From Amoebophrya sp. A120 (lineage: Eukaryota > Protista > Dinoflagellata), in contig CAJINV010000018.1 in assembly GCA_905178155.1 (NCBI GenBank), positions 1,158,609 through 1,222,608 on the forward strand: a stretch of 64,000 bases of DNA, read 5' to 3'. The notes under the pieces were generated by a model. The model saw only the letters and a program-made list of their open reading frames with translations. It was not told the origin of the DNA and did not search any database. How positions within the stretch are numbered: position 1 is the stretch's first letter; the number at the start of each line of letters is the position of its first letter. The position numbers and the translations under genes are program-made. Positions 25,301-37,414 of the stretch are shown piece after piece.

Positions 25301-28300
25301 TCATGGGGCTCCGCATGAGAAACATTGTCAGCATGCAGATTTGCATGACAACTCTGGGGTGGGGACGTTTTCACGCAGGATAGTTCACCCACAGGTTTTT
25401 GTGGTTCCAGACCAGGTCGACCTTGAGATACGGGGAGTCCGCCACTTTGTAACACCTGCCGGTGGAGCACTCGATGTAGATATCTTCTGTCATTCCCCGC
25501 AGCCCCTGCCGAATCAGCACCCAGCAGTGCACGCGCTGGCCGGCATCCTCGGGCATGTCCTAATAAAAAAACATTCATTTAATATTGATGTTCTTCACTC
25601 CCCTAAGATTCCATTCTCGACAAATAAGAAAGATAGGAACCACAACTTATATGAGAGATTTCACATAATTCCACAATGAGCAGAGGCAAACCAACCTAGT
25701 TAGGAGCGCTATTTCAGTTATAACCTGCTCAGGTGTTACAATCTCAAACGTTACAATAGAATGAATTTGTGTTGCAAGAAGTGCATGATCTACCCTACTC
25801 CCACAGGATTACGCATGACAAGTTCTGGAGTCCCAATCCGCAATACAATCTGGCGAAATTTGTATTGCAGAAAGTGGAATGCTGTCCGAGTCTGTCACGT
25901 TGATCATGCAAGACAAGTCTCAGATTCTATTGTAACGCTTGAGATTGTAACGTTTGAGCAGGTCATATCAGTCTCAAAAATATTTTACCTCTTCGTCGTC
26001 GCTGTCACTGCACATGGCCTCGTCATTATCGCAAGAAAAAAGTGTTACAGTTACACATTGTGTTGCAAGACCGGCAACACAGACGACCTTTCTCATGCAG
26101 GAAATGCTTGGGAGCCTCGTTTCCTTCCTGTTTTCCCTTATGATCTTCGCATTACAAGTCTTCTCTGCCACACAGAGAAAATTTGTGATGCAGAAACTCC
26201 AACAAATGTGTAACTGTAACACTTTTTTCTCACGATAGTCATACTTCCTTTTTGCCTCAAGCCTCTCCTTATCCGTCTGCTCCGTTATAAAACCCGACTT
26301 GTTGAAGGGCGGGCGTTTCGGGATGCCCTCTGTCTTCGGTGCGGACTTGGAGCTAGAGCTGCTGGACGAAGACTATCAAATGCAAACATGTATGGGTCTG
26401 GATAGTTGTGATGCAAATCTGTGAATGGTAGGCGCACTCGTAGACGCAGCCAAGCATGACAAGTTTTCGTTCTACTTGCTCTGTCTTTCGTTTTGCGCAT
26501 GAAAAACTGTGTTCTTGCATGGCAGGCAAGAGGATCTTTTCCTGCTCATGCATCACAGACTGAGTTTTAAGAGTCAACATGCCAGCCGAGCATGAGAAAC
26601 TTGCACTCATCTTGTTCCAGAGGACCCAGACATATTTGCAATGCATAAAGACCCGGAGGGAACGATCTCGTTTCGCTCGTCCAACACCGCCAGTTCGACG
26701 GCGCAGTGCTCCATAGTTTCACACTTCGTAGCGATAAACCTTTTGTTTTTTCACTTGTTGCATAATTTTCTAATCCTTCTCCATCCTAAATAAATGATGT
26801 TCTTGACGTGGCTGATTCATTGCTTGGTGCAACACAAACATTCCATATTCAAATCCTAAATCATGCATATTATACACTCGGTACATCAAAATCTACTTTC
26901 TTAATACCGTGGCGCAAACCCGGAAACGCAGTAGGCGTCGTACCCAACTCCGATCAGCATCGAACATAGGAATATGCAATGCAAACATCCGCTTTTCCGC
27001 CCCGGGCGGTGAAAAAATAAAACAAGCTCATTTACTAGCTTGCATCCACATACTTTTAAACACCAGCATCTGGTGGATATGTTGACAAAAGGACCTCCGA
27101 GTCAACGCCTGCTGTGCTGTCGTTCGCCTAAGCACGACATCTCGCTACCGTGAGGGTCCTCATCCTTTTGTGATTTTGGTGATGTACATGTACAACTACC
27201 AGCATGACAATTTTCAGCGCACGGGTTGTAGTTCAACTTGAGAGTACAGATATCCATCTTGCATAGATATTATGCTAAAGTCGAAGGATATCCAGGCAAA
27301 AAACTGTGTAAGTGTAAGTTTCTTTGAGGAATAGCATCACAAGTTTGCTCTGCATAACACAGAAAACCTGTCATGCGTGGCTAGTACGTGAAAACACGCA
27401 CGAAAATTGCCTCTGATGCATGTCCAGCATGACAAGTGTAACAGTTTTGCATTTTCTGCAACACAAACTTACACTTACACAGTTTTTTTCTTGGATAAAG
27501 GAGTCCCCGGCTCGCCAGTCCAAGACCGTGGTTGGACTCGGGATTACCTTGGGGTACTTGTTATCAAATGCAAAAATGTCTGGGTCTGGAAGGGTGCGAA
27601 CTTGTGACGCATACTTGGATCACACAAAAATCTGTTATGCTTAGACAGCAAAGGGCGTTCCTTTTCCTGTCGCCGAAGGAAGGCGTTTGTCATGCGGATT
27701 AAGCATTGGGAAACCGTCTCAAAACCTGTGACGCTAGGCCTTGCATGGCACACCTTGCTTCTGTGTCAAGCAGACACAGCATCACAAACCTCAGCAATTT
27801 TCCAGACCCAGACATATTTGCAATCCATACTTGTCCACGGGAATCAATTCCTCGTAGTTCAGTCGGTCCGCCACGTAGTCCGCGCAGGTCTGGTACTCAT
27901 ACAGTTCTTGGTACGGCAAGTGCGTGGGTTTTATGGTCGTGGGCAGAAATTTCGGCACGTCGCACTCGTTCGGGGGACACAGGAAAAGAAAACGGTTCCC
28001 GTACACCTGGTGAGAAAGTTGATTTTCCACCTCCTACCTAGTCGGAGAGAAGATTTTAATAGTCTTTACTTCCACGACCTCGACCCCCGTAAGTAGCTGC
28101 GATAAAGAAAAAGAACCGAAGATAATAATTGATTTTGATACTTAAATCGACCTGGATAAAATTACCTGTCACAACCCACACATGGCATGCAAGCAACTCT
28201 ATTCGTACAACGGGTGGTCGGATTGCCAACAAGAAACGCAAGTGCTGGCATGAGTCGATGAAATAGTTGCATGAAGTGAAACAAGTCAAAGTGTAAAAAA

Positions 28301-29195
28301 GCTGTAGATGAAGCAACTTCCAATATAATTCCATACCGACAGGAACTGCTGCTCGAATTCTGACACATGCTGCAGCAGCAGGTCTTCTTTTGGGGAATTG
28401 GACTTGTAACTCGGTGGTATGTTTTCCGTCGTGCTGTCCCGAAACCGACGTGACCGCACCTCCTTCTGGTTCACCCGGGCTTATTATCCGGTGGAAAAGC
28501 AGTACAGCACCATAGCAGACAGAGACTTTCATGCCTGTTCTTACGGTTCTTCTTCTTTTCCTGTCTACGTGTTGACAACTGGGGGTTCTTGTTGCGATGG
28601 CAACAAGAAGTCGTGGTCGATGTTTTTTTCATTAAAAAAATATGGACAATGAACAACAAAAATCAATGTAAATTTGCCGTTGATGGTCGTGCTCCTGAAC
28701 TACATGCCAAATTATCGGAGACCGAAAAAACCGCATCGCAAGGATCATCTTCTCGGCACAATAGAACTCGTTCTGCAGTAGTGCTGTCCACCAAAAGTTT
28801 TTCCGGTCGATATTTTTGCCTTCATCATTTCCACGGCATCGGCCTCTTGTTTCTTCGCCGCTTCTATCAAATGCAAATATCCCTGGATGTCTGGAAGGTT
28901 GCAACTTGTGATCATGCTGTCCTTGGATTGTTCTAAAAAATCTGAATTGCATGAAAAGCAATAGGGGTCCAGTTTGTGCTTCGCGGGGAGGGCATTTGTC
29001 ATGCGGTATAGAAGGCATCAGGAAGCCCTCAAAAAATCTGTGATGCTAGGGCATACAATACTGGCGTCAGGGGTCTTGCAAAATATGCATGACAGTCTTC
29101 CAGACCCAGACATTTTTGCAATCAATAGCTTCTGCCGCGGCCGCCGGGTCCGCGGCGGCGCCCTCCGCGGGAGGCGGTGCGGCCGGGGCGGACAT
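19396..29195 (-). CDS. DRC7: Dynein regulatory complex subunit 7 (CCDC135/FAP50)
   Basis: PPSYKSNSPKEDLLL, LFLCPPNECDVPKFLPTTIKPT, PSPTTVL..AGDSFD, LCSMLIGVGYDAYCVSG, RVHCWVLI, WNHKNLWVN, and C-terminal AMFRIQILEQRLARHE..EDPRL. About 15 introners. The start at 29195 is inferred. Confidence 0.85.
19802..20250. repeat. Tandem array of 10 palindromic ~45-bp units (AATCTCATGCCC-loop-GGGCATGAGATT)
   Basis: Ten hairpin units with alternating linkers TCGGAGCCCGG / TTGGA..AGGCAA, within the last DRC7 intron. Confidence 0.92.
20527..20848. mobile_element. Introner family D
   Basis: TIRs; repeat GCATC. Confidence 0.9.
20928..21212. mobile_element. Introner family A (diverged)
   Basis: TIRs; degenerate repeat AGGCG/GGGAG. 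Confidence 0.83.
21297..21558. mobile_element. Introner family A
   Basis: TIRs; repeat AGTCG. Confidence 0.9.
22167..22421. mobile_element. Introner family A
   Basis: TIRs (left end TGTC); repeat TAAGT; close copy of 55044-55295. Confidence 0.88.
22500..22751. mobile_element. Introner family G (TIR TAT.ACC.GCTCA...GTTACAATCTC)
   Basis: TIRs; repeat TCCTG. Confidence 0.9.
24295..24353. repeat. Perfect 26-bp intronic hairpin
   Basis: TTGTTATTTTTGTAGCTGTATGCTCC-cagactt-GGAGCATACAGCTACAAAAATAACAA. Confidence 0.9.
24474..24629. mobile_element. Introner family F
   Basis: TIRs; repeat GCCTG. Confidence 0.88.
24745..25028. mobile_element. Introner family B
   Basis: TIRs; repeat CTCGT. Confidence 0.9.
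25097..25382. mobile_element. Introner family B
   Basis: TIRs; repeat GTTCA. Confidence 0.9.
25719..25967. mobile_element. Introner family G
   Basis: TIRs; repeat TCAGT. Confidence 0.9.
26027..26237. mobile_element. Introner family E
   Basis: TIRs; repeat GTCAT; homologous to 4221-4431. Confidence 0.9.
26374..26647. mobile_element. Introner family A
   Basis: TIRs; repeat AAGAC. Confidence 0.88.
27289..27497. mobile_element. Introner family E-like (TIR TATCCA..AAAAAACTGTGTAAGTGTAAGTTT)
   Basis: TIRs; repeat AAGGA; inverted relative of 32938-33148. Confidence 0.9.
27562..27829. mobile_element. Introner family A
   Basis: TIRs; repeat CTTGT. Confidence 0.9.
28485..28812. mobile_element. Highly degenerate introner
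   Basis: TATCCGGTGGAAAAG..CAGCAC / GTGCTG..TTTTCCGGTCGATA; removal plus 5 nt joins MMKAK to RVNQKEVR in frame. Confidence 0.5.
28865..29127. mobile_element. Introner family A
   Basis: TIRs; repeat GCTTC. Confidence 0.88.
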
Positions 29196-30637
29196 TTCTT
29201 ACTTCGAGTTTTTGTTCTTGTCCGATCTATATTACCTCGTGGTTCGCTACAATGAATTCCATTTTACATTTTCATGCTGTAGTAAGTACCTTTGCAACAC
29301 CAGCACGACCACGCCGTTAGAATCAGTTCCGAATTCAACATCCTCGGCTACGAATAAAATGCACTCAAGAAATCCAACTGGTCGTAATATGCCCCGGTCG
29401 TGGTTCTTGTCTCGTCGTTTTATTTACTGTGCCACAACAACGAGCACGGTGCAAGCACAAAATGTCGTAAAGAACTGGTGCAGCACGAGCACCTCTTCTC
29501 ACATCACAGTGGTCCACGATAAAAATTCTTCGAGTAGCTTCTACTTCTTCTCCACTCTACTTAAGCGAACCGCACTCAGCTCTCAGGCTGACGGTTCAGT
29601 CTCTCGATAAAATTCTCATTCATTTTTCCCGATCAAGCATTGCGTCGATTGTGTTTTTACTGATATGATCCAGCGCAGCTGTAAACCGCAAGGAGCGACG
29701 CCGAATGATAATGAAACGAAAACGATGAAAATAGCTCCTGAAAAAACGAATGTCAGAATCGCAGAGGATTATATCAAGGGGCGACGAGGGAGGTTGGTAC
29801 GCAGACATAATGAAATACAGCGAACAAAACAAAACGATGCGAATCACCACCAGGAAACCACGAGCCGCCTCGATAGCGGTTTTTGGAGCGATTCATGCTT
29901 GCATAATTTTTCGGGTTGTTGATATCAAATATGGGATCATGTTAATGTGCTGTTTGCATCTATTTCTTACTTCCAAATCCAAATGCAGCGGCTCTTATTT
30001 CGCTGCACTTGTAATATCGTGTGCTGAGATGCTGAGGATGAAAGCAGGGGAGATGGGTCGGGAAAAGATAAATTTCTTGGCGCAGAAGCGCAAAAATTAA
30101 GTCGTGGATGACTCAACTAATTAAGGAGAAAAACCATGCCCGCGCAAACGGCAATGTCGTTTTTCTGTCAAAAAGTGTACTAGGGGTTGTACGCGTGTGT
30201 ATGTAGAAGAGGTGGTCTTCATCTTCTACTTCGGGCAAAATAATGATGAATTTTCTTCGCAGCACCGGACACGCTGTGCGATCTTTGCCTGTAGAGACAG
30301 GCAAAAGTTTTCTTAGCACTGCTTCTGTTCAAATCGGATTACAGTTTGGTGGTAGAGAACCTTCTCGTCGATGCCGCGCGCTCTACCATCACATCGTGCG
30401 AATGCAATGCAAAGTAGGTGTTCTCGTCGTGCACGCAAAAAGAAAAAGTATGAACGCAAAAAAATATAAATTTGTTGTGCAAAATGAAACGTTGTACACT
30501 CGCAAAAAGAATCTTTCGCAAATCTGACACTGAAATGTATAACAGGGTTCAAGTAGGGTTATGAAGAGGTGATACAACTGCGTGCAAGAAATACTGTTTT
30601 GTCGATACCGGCAGAAAAGTCGGCACCTTTTCTGCAC

Positions 30638-33600
30638 CTACAGCTCTTGCATCCCTGAGGGCAGGTTTCCACCAACGTTCCCAGTATGGACGCGTCAGGT
30701 TTGAAATCGTGAAAGTTGAAATAATTTGTAATGCATAAAATGCATGACCCGAGGTACGTGCGTTGCAGAGCAGGCAAGTGAGGCTGATTGTAGGCCTGTT
30801 TGGGGTTACAGCTCGAGCTGCTGAAGTAGCATGAGAAAATCCCTCTCCTTTGCCTAAACAGCATGACAAACTGGATTTAGGGACCACCGAAATTTGTCAT
30901 GCGCCACTTGGAATCTGGTTTCCAACTGGCGTCCATTTTATGCATGACAAATTATTTCAACTTTGTCGATTTCAACTCTGACACATCCATACCCAGAAGA
31001 TGGGATGTATTCCGCCCCCGACGGCAAACTCGGCATCGGCGTTTCCTTCAGCGCCCCTCCATCCTGTTTTTTGTTTTTTTTTGTCTTTATTGCATGACAT
31101 AAACAGACTGTCTTTATTGCATGACACATTTTTTCAGAGGTATTAAGTGAAATGTGCAAAACAAAAAATTCACAGTTTACCACAGTCGCGCTCTTCCTCT
31201 TATCTGGCGGTTTCCCCGGCTTCCCCCGGTTCCCGCGGTTCTTCAAAAAATCGAGCCGTTCCGTGTTGCCCTTCTTGTTTTTCTGCGGGCCCTTTCCAGC
31301 AGCGCTCTCCTCGTCCGAGCTATCCTCGTCTTCGCCACCCCCCGAGCTCGTCTCCGGCGGCTCTTGCGCTGCCGCGGACGATATCAATTGCAAATGTGTC
31401 TGGGTCCGGAAGAGTGCCAGACTTGTCGCGCAGGTTTTCCATGACCCACGAGGTCTGGTATGTAAGACATAGCATGACAGATTCTGTGAGAGTTCTATCA
31501 TGCCTATCCTGCATGAGAAACCGCCTCTCCATTGGCTCAAAAGTGGACAGCCTTTGGTAATCACGCAACACAGATTTTTCGATGATTCAGATTTAGCATG
31601 ACAAGTTGCTTTGATGGTCCAGACCCAGACACTTTTGCATTTGATAGACGAAGGCGGGCCGCGAGCGTCCTCCTCCAAGAGATTCTCGCGCTCGGTCTGG
31701 TCGTAAACCGGCGCGCCGCTGCCGGCACTCTTCGGAAACGCGGCGCTTCCGCTTATCAAAAGGAAAAATCCACCCTCCCCATATCAAAACGAAAACTCTG
31801 CTGCTGGATTTGGATACACAGATCCGATGCGTGCTGCAGTAGAGGACAGCACGCAGATCGTAAGCCTAGCTGGGGCATTTTGTTGTAGGCGCCTCGCATG
31901 GTGGACGGCTGCCCTGTAGGCTCCTTTACAGCATTGAAAACCGCCTGAATAACGTGGCGGACAGCCTGAACTTGCCCTCTTGCAAGACAGACGCGATTTG
32001 TAGTCACAAATCTGCATCGCAAATTTTCAGAAAGATGCGCTTTCAATATGGGGAGGGGGGATTTTTCCTCACAATACCGCTTGCGCTCCCCATAACCTCC
32101 ACTTGCGATCCGTGGCTCGAGCGCAGATCCGACGCCAGTTTCGGAGCATTAGACCCGGCGCTCTTGTTTTTCATCGCGGTAACACTCCCACTCGAGGTGT
32201 TCACCCCAGTTTTGTTGTTCATCTCGCTGCTTCGTCGATTTTTTAGAGGTTCTCCTTTTGAATTATTGTTGCTATTAACCGCGTCCATACCGTCCTCGGG
32301 AAAATCTGGCGGCTGCAAAAATCCCTGCGAAGCACGGGAAACTTTGCGACCTGGGAGGAAGAGTATTTTTTCACATATTGTAGATTCTAGATTCCTTTTT
32401 CAGTTGAGTACTTCCTTCTATGAAACACATCATCGGTTGACATTGATGATGAAGTCATGCAAAATACTAAAGTGATGTAAGCAATGCAAGCACAACTTTT
32501 ATTTCTACCTGCGGTGCCCCCGGAGCTATTGTTGGTTTCCTCTACGCTGAGCGCGTCCGTTTTGATCCTGCCCGAATTGGTTTGTCCCACGATGTGGGTG
32601 GTGACGCTTCCCCCACCCGACCTCTCCGCGGCGGATAACCGCTCGCCCTGGGAGATGCCCGCCTGCACGCTGCTTCCGCCCGCGGCCTTAGTGCCACTCC
32701 CCTCCGGCTGCGGCGCACCGCCTCCCGCTCCTCCGGGAGAAGTTGCAGCTCCTCCTGGCTTTGTTCCCGAAGATTTGTTTTTCGGGTCTTTGGCCCCCTT
32801 TTTCTTATGCTGTTTGTCGCCTGCGGGCGGCTGTTCTACCACGGTCGCGCGGTCGCCCGAGAATCCGAAGGCGGAACAGTAAATCAGTACCGCGCACCCC
32901 AGCACCCCGATAATGGACGCCCCGAGGAGGGCCAGGCTATCCAAGCAAAAAACTGCGCAAGGGTAACTTTGTGTTGCAGACGTTGCAATACAGTTACACT
33001 TGTCATGCTGGATGTGCATCAGAGGCTATTCTCATACGTGTTTTCACGTACTAGCACGCATGACAGGTTTTCATCTCTGTCATGCAAAACAAATCTGTGA
33101 TGCTGTTCCTGCAAAAAAGTTACACTTACACACTTTTTCTCTTCGATACAAGCCGCACGGACTGCACAGAAAGTCCACAACCTCGTTCCCGGTGTCGGAG
33201 GATGTGCCGCCGCCTTGTATGGAAGCGTCAGGACTGAAATCGACAAAGTAGAAATAATTTGTGATGCATAAACCGGATACAAGTTGGCGCCTAGTTTCCA
33301 AGTGGCGCATGAGAAATTTGGGTAGAGCCGAAATCCAGTCTGTAATGCTCTTTAGGTAAGGAAGACGCCTTTTGTCATGCTACTTGAGCAGCTCCATTTC
33401 TACCCACCAACAGGCTCACAGTCTGCCTGTCTTGCCTACTCTGCAAGACAGGCATTTTGTGGGTTGCAGTTTATGCATGACAAACCATTTCAACTTTGAC
33501 GATTTCGATCCTGACGCTTCCATACCTTGCGGAGCGAGGTTCTCTGCAGATAAATTCGTTTGATTCGCCCCGCCCGCGTCGGTTCTTGTGTTGGACGACG

Positions 33601-35921
33601 AGGACATCGGGATGCTCATGGTGAGCGACGCCGACTCTTGCGTGGCATCCGCGGAAGCTAGCAACATGGTCTGGTCGATCTCCTCCATGATTTTTGTAGA
33701 CTTCTCTGCACTATCCGCAGCTTCCACCTTCGCCGCCAGATCGAGAATTCGGTGCATATGCCCCGTGTTTTCCGCCCCAGCAATCCACTGCAAGGCGCCC
33801 GCGTTGAAAAATTTTGCAAAATTTTCCTCGACCTTCGCGTGCCCATGGTGGCCCTCCTGGTCCTCCTGCAATACGTGGCCTGCGAGGCCCGCCACGGTGA
33901 GCCCATTCAAAGCCTTCAAAAACACCTCCAGCGGCGAGCCGGCCGCGACTTTTACCCAGCTCAGGTCATTCGCCAGCTCCTCCGCGTGGTCGGCGCAGGC
34001 CAGGCCGGGGAGCTCCTGCGCGCCGTGAGAGTCGAGACTAACTTCGCGGTAATGGGTCACGTGGAACCGCTTGAAAGCGTCCGTGTGCGCCAAATCAAAC
34101 GCGAGCTTGTACTTCTCGGCGGTCGTTGTCGTTCCGCCGGCGCCATGTACAACTGGTCCAAATTGTTGGTTATGCGGGCGATATTGCACATCGTGCGATT
34201 CGGACAGCACCGTCCGGGCCGTGCTAATCGTCCGGCCCTCCTCCAGAGGGGCGATTCCTCCGGAGGATGCTCGACCGCCAGAGCCCTTTGATCCGCTTCC
34301 CTTTTCGCCGCTGCCCTTACTGCCGCTGCCCTTTCCCGATCCCTTTGATGAGGAGGACTCTGGTGCTGGGCCGTCGGCCTGCCGCGCTTTCCGACGGGAA
34401 AAGTGGTCCAACTGTAGGAAAGACCCGTCTGCTCCTTCCGGCGCTGCAAACGTGCGCTCCGTGAAAGAACGGTTCCTGGGGTGGAGTTTTTTTCGTGATT
34501 CTGTTTGTGCCTCACAGAAGTGCAAAACTTTTTGGACATCACTTCGTCTGGGAGAGTCAGCAAATAAAACGGTAGTGCTCATTGTCGTGTTTTACTGATG
34601 GATACAATTAGCACATCAACTTCTATCTTATACGAAACGCTTCAAGTAGAACTTGTCAAACCATGAGATATTGATCAAAAAAATCATTTAAAGCAATACG
34701 GTTCGAAGGCGAGACAGAGGTGCGCGTGGCACGCTGCGCTCGTGACGGGGTGCGGCGCTTCCAGCGTGACCGGGAGCTCCTCCCCGATGAAGACCGGGCC
34801 GGACAGTTGAGTCTTGTCGTACACGTATCCTGTGTAAAAACGTACCCACACCAGAGTTGTCATGCAGATTTGCGATTACAGGAACATTTGTAATGCGCAT
34901 CCCCAAGGGAGGCATTTCCAGTCGTGTTTTGGAATTTGTAATGCTGGTAACAGGATAAGCAGATGGATTTGTGTTGCGGTTGTCCTTGCTCACATGCACT
35001 ACACTACGGACTGCAACTTCTCATGCGTGGCTCCCACAACATCTGGATTTGTGTTGCTAAGTTCCCAACTTGACTATGGGGTGGGGACGTTTTTCGATAT
35101 GATAACACGGACTCTCGTCCCGCCGAACTCAAACTCGTCTTCGCGAATTTCTCGCCATGGCACAGGTCCTCCACAAAACTAGCAGCCTCCCATAACGGTT
35201 CTACCGCAACTCGCTGGTCGTGGTTTTGGTCTTTGTAGTTCTGCTCCTCCTGCTGTGTAGTTGTACTTCTAAAAGAAGTTCTTCCACGACGTTCTTGTAC
35301 AAGATTCTTGTTTGTCTTTGTTCCTACGTGAAGGAAAGAAAGCTTATCACGCTTGTTGTTTCCCTTCTTGCCATTTTCAAGGGTCGTCCTTGATGTTGTC
35401 GTGGTCTTTTCCTTCCTTCTCGAAGAACCCCGCGAGGTCGGGTTATTGTCATTGTGTCTTTCACCTAGACCTACGTTTTCCTCTTCCGGGGCCGGAGAGG
35501 GCACTACAGGCAATTGCTTGTTGGACGAGACCGGTAGTTCTCCTTTACTCCTGCGAACAACAGAAGAGGTGGTGGCCTTTTGCAACAATGAGGAAGCATC
35601 TTTTCCTGCTGCAGTGCCATCGCCTATGGGTGGTCCTCGTGGTTGAGGTTGTCCCCCTGCTTGATGCTCCGCTGTTGTTCGAAGGGTCGACGTTGGCTGT
35701 CCAACCTGTAGAGCTCCTGACAAATGATCCGGATTCTCGATAGTATTTTTACGTTTTCTCCGTTTTCGCAGGTACCCCGAATCTCCATGATCTAGAGGCA
35801 CGTTAAAATCACGACCAGCCACAATTCCTTTTGCCGCAACCTCGCTCAGGAGGACGACGACGACCGGTAATGTCCGGCGGAGGAACAACCCGGAAAGAAC
35901 CGAAAACGCGACGGGCCGCAT
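30638..35921 (-). CDS. Large unknown protein with hydrophobic N-terminus and one TM segment (putative type I membrane protein)
   Basis: ORFs 35004-35921, 33416-34582, 32387-33019, 32043-32318 and 30938-31759 join through 6 introners and short introns. TM-like LALLGASIIGVLGCAVLIYC. Could be more than one gene. Confidence 0.55.
30685..30991. mobile_element. Introner family C
   Basis: TIRs; repeat CCCAG. Confidence 0.9.
31382..31646. mobile_element. Introner family A
   Basis: TIRs; repeat GACGA. Confidence 0.9.
31754..32076. mobile_element. Introner family D
   Basis: TIRs; repeat CCGCT. Confidence 0.9.
32938..33148. mobile_element. Introner family E-like
   Basis: TIRs; repeat CAGGC/CAAGC. 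Confidence 0.85.
33218..33524. mobile_element. Introner family C
   Basis: TIR TATGGAAGCGTCAGGA; repeat CCTTG. Confidence 0.9.
34826..35104. mobile_element. Introner family B
   Basis: TIRs; repeat ACACG. Confidence 0.9.
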
Positions 35922-36902
35922 TGTCTCCTTGGCGAAAATAAGACTTGTTACCTTCGCGGACGCACAAACCTAAAAATGACGCAGCAGGTGGATTGACTGT
36001 CGTTCCTCTCCGGGTGAAACGCCAACGTGGTTCAAATTCCTGTTGTCACAACGAGGTCGTGGTCAAGGATTATTTTCTGAGAAAGTACGCATGAAGACCA
36101 TTGATATGGACGACTTCTCAAGTGCCGCCAGCAGAACCAACTTCCTCGGCCATAATTGGGTGAGCTACTTCAAATTTTACTTACATGGTGCTCGATTTTT
36201 CAAGAAGTGGCAGAAAGATATTAAACTGGTGGGGTACTAGTATTTTTCTTTCATCTATAAGGGTGAAAATGGCCTAGCGCACCTTTGATGTCAGCCTGGT
36301 GGTGTTTGGATAATAAAACACGAACGCATGTCGAAGGGAAGCTACTTTTCTTTCAAGACGGATTGGCTTTGCAACACGAAAACTACCTTCGGGACAGAAG
36401 TGAAAAAAATATCTTCGTGCCACGACGAAATAGGACGAATGAACGAAACGAACGAACGGAACGAGGCACACTAGCGGGACGAAAGGGGACGAACGTACGA
36501 GAAGAACGCACATTTCGTCGTGCGACAACCTTCAAACGACTTTTCTTGTACGAAAAGACTTTCTATCTTCCACATCATCATTGGCAAGAGCAAAACGGAT
36601 GATTTTCAGCGAAATGACAGTGATAGTTACGCTTGGACAAACGTGTCTACTTGGCAAAGCCTTTTTGACAGAAGACAACGGCAAGCAACCAATTGAAACA
36701 GCACGAGACCAAGGCTTTGCAACATAAAGAGGACGAAGAATCTGAACCCCTTTGTTAGCTGTGCTGTGCGCAGCAGCCAGATAGATTTGCCTTATCAATT
36801 GTGATTGCCGTATTCTTGTGCCACGACACATGCTTCAGATGAAGCTGCACCTTCGAGTTTTCGCCCCTCGCCACTGCTGGCGGCAGGTGTACTAAAATGT
36901 TC

Positions 36903-37414
36903 GGTTGTTATACAGGAATCTCAACGAGTGAATCTCAACGGTTGCGCCCCAACGCTTTGAGACGCCTCAACGGATTCGCGAAGAGCTCAACGACTGGTCT
37001 CAACGGTCTGCGCACAGAAGAACTCCGTGGCGTGAAGGTGCGCATCAAGCCCGGGCAACAAACCTCTCAGAGGTCCCGCCAACACGAATGCCGGCGAGCG
37101 GGCTCATAGATAGTTAGAAAAACGCACAGAGGCTGCGCGCATAGTGAGACACAATGCACACAAGCCAACGGGGCGCGCAAAACGGGCCGGGCAACAATGA
37201 ATAGCGCAGGAGAGCGACACGAGAGTCGTCGGGCAGGGCAGCCGCCGCCGGCCGGCCGGCCGGCGGCGGCTGCCCTGCCCGACGACCTAAACCCCAAATC
37301 CTAAACCCGAAACCCTAAACCACTGCTGGTCGTTGAGATATATTTCTCAACGTTGAGCTGTGAGGTCTCAACGTTGAGATCCACAAGCACAGTTGAGATA
37401 CCTGTAGTACAACC
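36903..37414. mobile_element. Non-autonomous TIR element (MITE, Mutator-like 9-bp TSD)
   Basis: TIR GGTTGTTATACAGGAATCTCAAC / GTTGAGATACCTGTAGTACAACC; perfect TSD AAAATGTTC at 36894-36902 and 37415-37423; subterminal CTCAACG repeats. Confidence 0.85.
37286..37321. repeat. Degenerate interstitial telomere-like (CCCTAAA)n tract
   Basis: CCTAAACCCCAAATCCTAAACCCGAAACCCTAAACC inside the MITE. Confidence 0.7.

Noticed and set aside
31529-31541. Resemblance to the dinoflagellate spliced-leader 3' end (CCATT..GGCTCAA)
   Set aside because: Short partial match inside a family A introner; sibling copies read CTTGGTCAAAAG at this position.
37286-37321. True chromosome end
   Set aside because: Only about five degenerate units, internal to a MITE, with genes on both sides.
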